Assembly: GCA_977017575.1 (NCBI GenBank) | Contig: CDRNVI010000053.1 | Coordinates: forward strand, 124,001-188,000 | DNA: 64,000 nucleotides | Direction: 5' to 3' | Source of the DNA: Paramoeba atlantica | Taxonomy: Eukaryota; Protista; Discosea | In this document: positions 57,009 through 64,000 of the stretch, piece after piece | Numbering within the stretch: the stretch's first letter is position 1 | How the letters are laid out: each line of letters starts with the position of its first letter | Position numbers and translations under genes: made by a program | The notes under the pieces: generated by a model | The model's input: only the letters and a program-made list of their open reading frames with translations | Told to the model about the DNA's origin: nothing | The model's database searches: none

Positions 57009-60000
57009 CATACCTAAACCGAGTACAGCGAGTACGTACCGAGTACGTACTCGCTTGTACTCGCCGTACGCGAGTACGTACTCGCCTTTTGAGAGCGTGT
57101 CACTTTAGATTATGAAGTGTGGTCGGGCTTTATGAACAGTAAATTTTACATTGTAAAGCCTAATAATTATTATTCTCGTAGAGAGTGATTATTGAGACTT
57201 GTATGTAATATGTTGATTAGTGTTTTTTTCTAAAACGTTACTTCTATCAACCATGGGGAAGCTTCGCTCTAAGCGTGATTCATCGCCGAGTAAAACTGAT
57301 ATTATTATTCAGCAAGACGTTACTTCTCCTGAACAAGACATTAATCCTCGCAAAATAAGAAGCAAAAGATGTGACATGGGTGCTGAGAGCATGCCCAATG
57401 ATTTCGTGCTTGTCCGGTGTGCCTCTACTTGTACGTACTCAGACGAAAATTTGCTCACCGACGCGATGGGTAACAATGTGCACTTCAAATGCATCCATGA
57501 TGGATGCACTTTCGAGTCACACTGCAAATCCAAGAATCACTACCTAGAGCATCGGCTTAGGTGTGCCGAAAAGAGAAAGGGAAGTGTATTTAAGGATGAG
57601 GATTTAACCGCAGTGCACCACTACGTTAGAAAGGTAATTCCAAGTTTACAAACTCTGACAAACCTTCCTGCTACTCGCTACATATGGTTAATAAGAACGA
57701 TGAAAGAGCTACGACCAAATGTTCCGTCTGAGGTACTAAAAAGCCATCCATCAAAATCTATCCAGTAGTTACATCGTGATTGTGGAAGCATAGCTGATGG
57801 ATTGTGGGGAAAGCTGTGTGCCGATATTGATGACTGCACCTATTATGGTATCGCAATTGACACAGGTATAGACAAAGTAAAATCAGAGCATATTTTGATT
57901 AGTGTCTTGTACGTGCGTGAGCAGGAGTACGTAGTGCCGCCATTATACTCTCCGAAATACCGAGCATACAACGGGGTCTCGATGGCCACTCAGTTCATTG
58001 AGTGCTTGAAAAATAGTCTGGGGGAAACTCGAGTTCTTAAGCTCAAATTCCTTATGGTCGATGGAAGCGCTGTCAACCACGTAGCACGTGGACATTGCGA
58101 AGGATTCCTAAAGCAAATTTACAACCGCATTTCTCCAGTAGGTCAAGAGGATGAGGATGCCTTGGCTCGAGGCTTCGCTTCACATTTTCCGTGCATTTCC
58201 CTCTTGTCCTGCATAGGCCATATGTTGAATAATGTATGCAAGACTACATTAAAGATTTATGAAGACCTTCCATGCTTCAAATTCAAGCGCGCATTTGCGC
58301 ACACTTTTTATTAGTAGGCAAGGCATCGTCACAGAAAGGAAAGTACAAAGGAATCGCTCTGTCACACTCGCTCACTCGTTTTGAAGACAACGTTACGAGC
58401 GCCGAAACAGTGTTTCGCCAGGCCTATCTTGGCCTTCGAGAAAGCTGTCCTGTGTCTTGGTTGAAGAATCTTGAATCACAGCTACTAGAGTGCTTGGAAA
58501 CTCTGAGAAGTGTGATTCCGGATGAAGTAGCCACTTTATGTGGCAAACTTGAAGGTATATAAAAGTTTGAGGCGAAACGAGATGTATTTGCAAAGTACGC
58601 TCCAGGTATTTTTTCTGCCTTAGAAAAGGCACGAACGACTCGCGTTGTCGTCACACCAAAGCTTGGGGGGTAACTCGGTGGTGCGTAGATAAATTTACCT
58701 CCATGGAATTTCTGAGTAAAAACTTAAAGAATGTCGAACGGTATGTTGCACATGAGTGTGCGAAGGGTTCCAAAACATCAAAGTCGATGCATCGGCTCAG
58801 CAGGCTCTTGCTGAGACATGCAGTTTCCGTTTTAGAAAAACAGTGTTCAAACTTCTTGGACGATTGTAGTGTTCTCCACGATGCGCTAAAAACTTTTTCG
58901 GATCTAATCGGTTGTCCTATGGCTACGCACGTGGCTCCAACTTTAAAACGTTTTTTCGAATACGCCCACAGCGAAAAAGCTTCGGAGCACATGACTGGGG
59001 CCATAACACACCATCGAAAACGCTTAGAGAAGAACCATAACATGGACTTTTGGAAACACGTTATGTGGTTCAGTCCGAGTTGGATTGTCCAGTTTGCGCG
59101 ACCTTGTCGTAGAGATCCAATATCTGTCGCTCTCCCTAATAATTTATTTGATAAAACAGCAAACACTTCTCCGATCCAAAAACCTCTGTTTTCAATATCT
59201 GCAGAAGAGTGGAATGAGTATGTGGTTTGTCGAGACTATGAGTGGAACCCCATGAATCACAAAAACGACCATCATTGGTGGACATCAGCGGGTCGCAACA
59301 TGTTTCCCTTCGTTTTTGTCGCAGCGCAGCATTATATTTGGACTCCACCTCTCCTCACAAAGTGCGACTCGTGGCTGTCGACATTGGGGTACATGTACAA
59401 CTCTCGTCAAGCTTCCTTGGCTCCACAAGTAATTGCACAGCAGGTTTTCATTCGTGGAAACATGGACGAATTAGAATATGCTTCGCTTACTGTAAGCAAA
59501 GATGAAAACAGTGAAATTAATAGTGATTCGACTCAAATTAGCGACGAAGATATTGCCCCACAATAAGGTGAGCGACAGGGTTAAACGTATTCGTTGTCTG
59601 CTATTCGTGTTGTTATTATTTTTTTTTTGTTTTTATATTCGTCATGGCTATGTTTTTCTGTAGTTTGTCGTAGTGTCTGGTAAATCCAAGTCTATAGGAC
59701 CTAGGAAGCGGCGAAGCGTGGATCTGACACAAAACATTCCATATAAAATAATATCAAACAACATAGGACACAGAGTATCATACATATAGAGTATCGTAGC
59801 ATACAGGGTATACATTGCGGTAAATATCAATTAAAATGCGGTATACAATATGTGGTAATATTGCGGTAATATTCGTACGTCCAGAGCTCCGTTTTATGGT
59901 ATTTCATCTCCGTATCTGAGATATTTTTCTCTGGTTTTTTCTCAGTGTTCAACAAGCGAAATACTTTTTACGTACACAGCAACGGTTTATAGAACTATTA

Positions 60001-60470
60001 TTCACTATGTTTTGACGTCAGAACTGGGGTCTGTGGTTTAACTCAGTGTCGTGTAAGGCCTTGATGTATTCCTTCAGGTATTAAACAGCCACGTTTAGTA
60101 TTTTTTTATTATACTACAATCTATTAGATTTTATTCGTATATCCGTGCTGCAGACTCTTGATCTGTTTCTTTTCATACATCATATACCAATGAAAAATAT
60201 GTGAGGAAGCATTTATAATGTCCCCGGCGAGGTCGTATCCTGAAAATAACTTTGCGACTCATTCCGTAACACACATCAAAGACCAGAATACTATTTTCAT
60301 GGAAATAAGTAAGGTAGTTATTACTCACCATCAAAAACACACCTGTACTTGACAGTTTATTTCCTCACAACAAAATCACACAAAAGCGAGTACATGCGAG
60401 TACGTACACCGAGTACGTACTCGCATGTACTCGCGAAATCGTACGTACTCGCCGTACTCGCCAAGGTATG
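57009..60470 (+). mobile_element. hAT-like DNA transposon, 3462 bp, CATACCT termini, 6-bp TSD ATTCAA; disrupted transposase 57220-59566
   Basis: ATTCAA|CATACCT...AGGTATG|ATTCAA with subterminal CGAGTACGTACTCG palindromes. ORF pieces: a Cys/His finger, IAIDTGID, MVDGSAVN, SCIGHMLN (CxxH), LTRF, and CDSWLSTLG...RQASL. Contains in-frame stops and frameshifts. Confidence 0.82.
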
Positions 60471-60985
60471 ATTCAATAAGTATTCGTTCGTCAAAATATG
60501 CTTCAGATTGCTAGAAATGCATTAAAAACGAATCATTTTGAGAAGATACTTGAAAAAAATATTTTCTTTTCAACTTTTTTAAGATTTTTTGATACGTTTA
60601 TGGTCACTATTATCCGAAAATACTTTTTCGTTTATTTTTAAAAATTGAAATTTAGTGTACAGTTTGACTGCACATTCCTAGGCCAATTGTCTTCCCCTTT
60701 ATCTCCACAAATTTCTAGTACAACTTCGGCAGACGTTTGAAGTTTCTCTGTGGTCACATCAGCAAGGAACGCATTACTTGCCTCTCCTTTCTTATTATTC
60801 ACCTTTCTTATTACGGAATAGTAATTGACAACTTTCACGATATACATGCACCATCTATTTCACGTTATAGAAGTGATGAGCGTTGACCGATATCTACGGT
60901 GAGGTATTCGGAGCTCTTGATCATACCGGGCTCGTTACAAATTTAACTTTGTAAACTCGATCTCATAATCCATTGACAGTGTAGC

Positions 60986-62857
60986 ATGGTACATGCTAAA
61001 ACCATTATTTACTGCAGCCGGGTTGGTTTTCTCTTTGTACGTGGTTCAAAACTTTCCGACCAATTGTGTTCCCCTTGGCTGTGCAGGAATAACGGAATAG
61101 TGTTTTCATGTAGAAAACAAGCATTTAGTTCACCAGTCGAAGAATACCCAATTTTGAGATTTCAGAATGCACCATATGGTATTGATTGCATTAACCAAAA
61201 GCGAGTTCCGTTTAGTTCGGACTCTACTGATGTAAAGACGTGCATGGATACTCTTATGTATCGTTTGTCAAATACACTTCATTACGGAAGGTCACACTCT
61301 ATCCCAGTACGTGAAACAGATAAAAAATATGTGTGCGCTGGCGCTCGCATTCATGACCACACGCTATTTCCTTATTGCCACTCCAATTTTTCACGCCTAG
61401 TGCTCTCCTCAGCCAAGAAAGACAAAATGATCACCGATAGGATGGAAGAGGCGCGTCTATCAATGAGTTCCGAACAACATGAAAATGTTTTAATGACTAC
61501 AATATCACAAAAATTAAGCAGCCGCGCTACATCACGTAATGAATCAATTCTCGAGCATCAGAAACTCATGGATATTTCTGTGTTTCCTGTCCCATCTGAC
61601 CCAACAGCGGTGGGCTGCGCACCTTGCTGTCCAACCTTGAGTAATAACTCAAGGACTTGTATTACTGAATCACCGTTCGCTTCAAAGGGAACCACAGTTG
61701 CGCAAACACTCAACCTCTTGATAAACAAGTTTCCGAAGCCGAGGGTCGATGATTCCCTTGACCCAATCAAATCCTTTCAACCACCCAATGTTTCCTCTGC
61801 ATCAGCTGACTTCATGCCATTTAGGAAGGAACGGGAGATAACTAATTTGGACTCGAGAAACTCGAAAAATGCACTGAATAATGCTTTACGCAGTCTTTTG
61901 AAGGATCTCTGGATTTACGAATTTTGGATCAATAGAAAACATGCACGAATTTTGCATCGTTTTGGCTTCGGACGTCGTCGACTACTTTATTCGCAAAGAT
62001 TACATGAACAGGAAATCATGAAGCTTGTCCCGAACAACGTTTTTGCCGCTGTACAAATGTTGTGGTTAACACATCTGGATGACAAAGTTATGTGCGGAAT
62101 ACTGCCTGATCGTGCGACAACATTTGAGGCTATAGTAGGCTCCAGCTATTCAAGCGAGTTACTCCGAGTCTGGACTGAATGGTCACGTTTCTCGTCGCCA
62201 GATTTCGACTCTAACATTAAAAGTAATTTTAGTATACTACATCCAAATGATAAAGTCACTTCATGTTCTGTGAGGCACATGTCTCCCATTGAGGCATTTG
62301 TTGACCGCTATAAAGCCCCTCTCTTATCAATGCCGTATGGTATTTTTCGAAAGCTAATGCGCGCAAGACTTTACGGCGAGCGAACACGGTTTGTGTCGCG
62401 CAAGTCTGAACGTAGGAAAAAACATTCTGTGCATCAATTACGTCCGAAGATACGACTACAGCATTCGAAAATAAAATCTCTCTATTTTCGGAGACCCACG
62501 AGTCCCAAGCTTGATCAGGACCATCCGGTGTTTCACACAGTGCTTTCACTCCCTGGGCTTTCACAGTCATGCGTATCTTACCACCCACGTGCACGTACTT
62601 CAACATTTTCTGAATCGAAAAAAATTCGTGAATTTCTGATGCTTAATGAGTCGCACCTGTTCGAAAAACAAAAAGAACTAGAATGTTCGTTACTTCCATG
62701 TTTGATGTGCAAAAACGATTCTCTTCGAATTTATTCCAAGAATACACGCAACCGAAATCATGAGACTCGTCGAAAAGAATGTGCTCCGGCACTGTGGTCC
62801 ATTGGTTCTTTCCTAGCAATGCTTATAATAATGAAGCGAGACGAGAACAACGAATGA
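60986..62857 (+). CDS. Hypothetical 623-aa protein with a possible C-terminal membrane anchor
   Basis: Long ATG-started ORF on the gene-cluster strand with a basic C-terminal half and a terminal hydrophobic segment (ALWSIGSFLAMLIIM). Confidence 0.7.
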   Translation: MVHAKTIIYCSRVGFLFVRGSKLSDQLCSPWLCRNNGIVFSCRKQAFSSPVEEYPILRFQNAPYGIDCINQKRVPFSSDSTDVKTCMDTLMYRLSNTLHYGRSHSIPVRETDKKYVCAGARIHDHTLFPYCHSNFSRLVLSSAKKDKMITDRMEEARLSMSSEQHENVLMTTISQKLSSRATSRNESILEHQKLMDISVFPVPSDPTAVGCAPCCPTLSNNSRTCITESPFASKGTTVAQTLNLLINKFPKPRVDDSLDPIKSFQPPNVSSASADFMPFRKEREITNLDSRNSKNALNNALRSLLKDLWIYEFWINRKHARILHRFGFGRRRLLYSQRLHEQEIMKLVPNNVFAAVQMLWLTHLDDKVMCGILPDRATTFEAIVGSSYSSELLRVWTEWSRFSSPDFDSNIKSNFSILHPNDKVTSCSVRHMSPIEAFVDRYKAPLLSMPYGIFRKLMRARLYGERTRFVSRKSERRKKHSVHQLRPKIRLQHSKIKSLYFRRPTSPKLDQDHPVFHTVLSLPGLSQSCVSYHPRARTSTFSESKKIREFLMLNESHLFEKQKELECSLLPCLMCKNDSLRIYSKNTRNRNHETRRKECAPALWSIGSFLAMLIIMKRDENNE

Positions 62858-63593
62858 AAGTGTAACGACCTATGTAAGTGTGCCTACTAAGCATCAAGTA
62901 CATACCGTATACCCCCCCAGTACGAGAGTTTTGGCCCTTTTTGGGCAGACCCCCAGTAAGAGAGATTAGGATCGAAAGCCCCACAGGAAGCGTATAGGGG
63001 GTAGAGGGTGAGTGTCCGCATATCGGGGGCCTCGGGGGTAACCCAAATAAGCGTTTTAACCATAGCTGTAGGATTATTAATAATTCAGTTCGGTAATAAT
63101 AATTATTATTAATAGATTATTAATAATTTATTAATAATTTATTATTGAGCTTTCACACTCAGATTTCTCGCCCTTAATTATGTATAAAACAATATTTTCA
63201 TGCCGAAAAGGAGCATTGATGGGGATCTCCTTATGGAGTCGATGTTGATACTTCGAGCATCATTATCTGCACCTCAACCTACACGGGAAGTAGGATCCTA
63301 CACCTGACGCAGGTAAATGTGCTGTACCAACGGCAACTCCTTATGGAGTGCTGATATCGAGGGCCGGGAAAAGCCAAACTCTGTATTTGTATGATGTGTC
63401 GCAACGAAAATGAGCTTTCTGGATCTCCTGGCGGTCTTCCCTGGTGCTGCCATCATACTGCTGCAAATGACGCCGACCACATGTCTACATGCGAGGGGCT
63501 CCTCATGTGTCACTCACAGCCCCTCGTGTAAATGCATATTGAATTATTAATAATATTAATAATTTGATATTTTGAATAATAATAATTACTGTA

Positions 63594-63921
63594 CCCCCCC
63601 TGCTTATGAGTTCCCCGGTTTTGAGAAAAAGGAACTCATAATCGTACCAGATCAGAATTCGAGCCATAAAAACGCGAAAATTCGGGCCCGCGGCGCGAAG
63701 CGCCACGGGTTTTCCTTGACAATAATACTGGCGCTAAAATGTTTATTCACTCAGTGAGCGAGCCTGCTAGAGCAGGCTGAGTACGGGTGTTGGGGGGTTT
63801 ATGAATTTTTGTTCAGTGCAAAAAAAAGATTGCCTCGCGAAAAGTGGGTACAAAAACATTCGCCTTAGAAAAAGGAACTCATAAGCGCACCAGAATTGGG
63901 GGAACTCATAAGCAGGGGGGG
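63594..63921. mobile_element. 328-bp MITE with perfect 23-bp TIRs and TA TSD
   Basis: TA|CCCCCCCTGCTTATGAGTTCCCC ... GGGGAACTCATAAGCAGGGGGGG|TA. The internal gaaaaaggaactcataa motif is repeated. Confidence 0.88.
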
Positions 63922-64000
63922 TATAGTATTATTTCGTTCGTGTCGGAGGGCGGAACGGCTTGCTGGAGCTTCACACCCACGTAGGGACTGATAGCTGACT

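Noticed and set aside
57766-58314. Stop-codon reassignment or readthrough explaining in-frame TAG in the transposase
   Set aside because: Host genes in the window end in TAG, TAA and TGA normally, and the transposase also has frameshifts, so this is decay.
60638-60847. 69-aa minus-strand ORF with faint dynein-light-chain resemblance
   Set aside because: Similarity is too weak and the ORF is antisense to the gene cluster.
63200-63520. 71-aa minus-strand ORF region that looks coding
   Set aside because: No recognisable motif and it is interrupted by stops.

Overview
Eukaryotic nuclear DNA. All 11 recognisable or probable host genes are intronless and on the + strand: a mitochondrial carrier, a TTLL polyglutamylase, Clp1, Miro, a BRCT protein, APC11, Pol-epsilon subunit B, a 4205-aa protein with 38 x 99-aa repeats, DCAF13/Sof1, an MhpD/FAH-fold protein and a 623-aa unknown. 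This layout resembles a kinetoplastid/euglenozoan directional gene cluster; that is an inference and the taxon cannot be fixed from the sequence alone. The intergenic DNA, especially 13.4-18.5 kb and 34-64 kb, is a dense nest of mobile elements. These include Tc1/mariner copies and TA-flanked MITEs, a Merlin/IS1595 transposase, and CRE/SLACS-like and HERO-like RLE retrotransposons. There is also a 3462-bp hAT-like element with a 6-bp target duplication and Asp at the usual catalytic Glu position. A recurrent hairpin-ended module sits next to cargo-like ORFs (a Ulp1/C48 protease and an AT-hook protein). Other structures are a tandem array of triple-hairpin units and foldback arrays of a palindromic motif. 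No rRNA, tRNA, SL RNA or CRISPR array was recognised.
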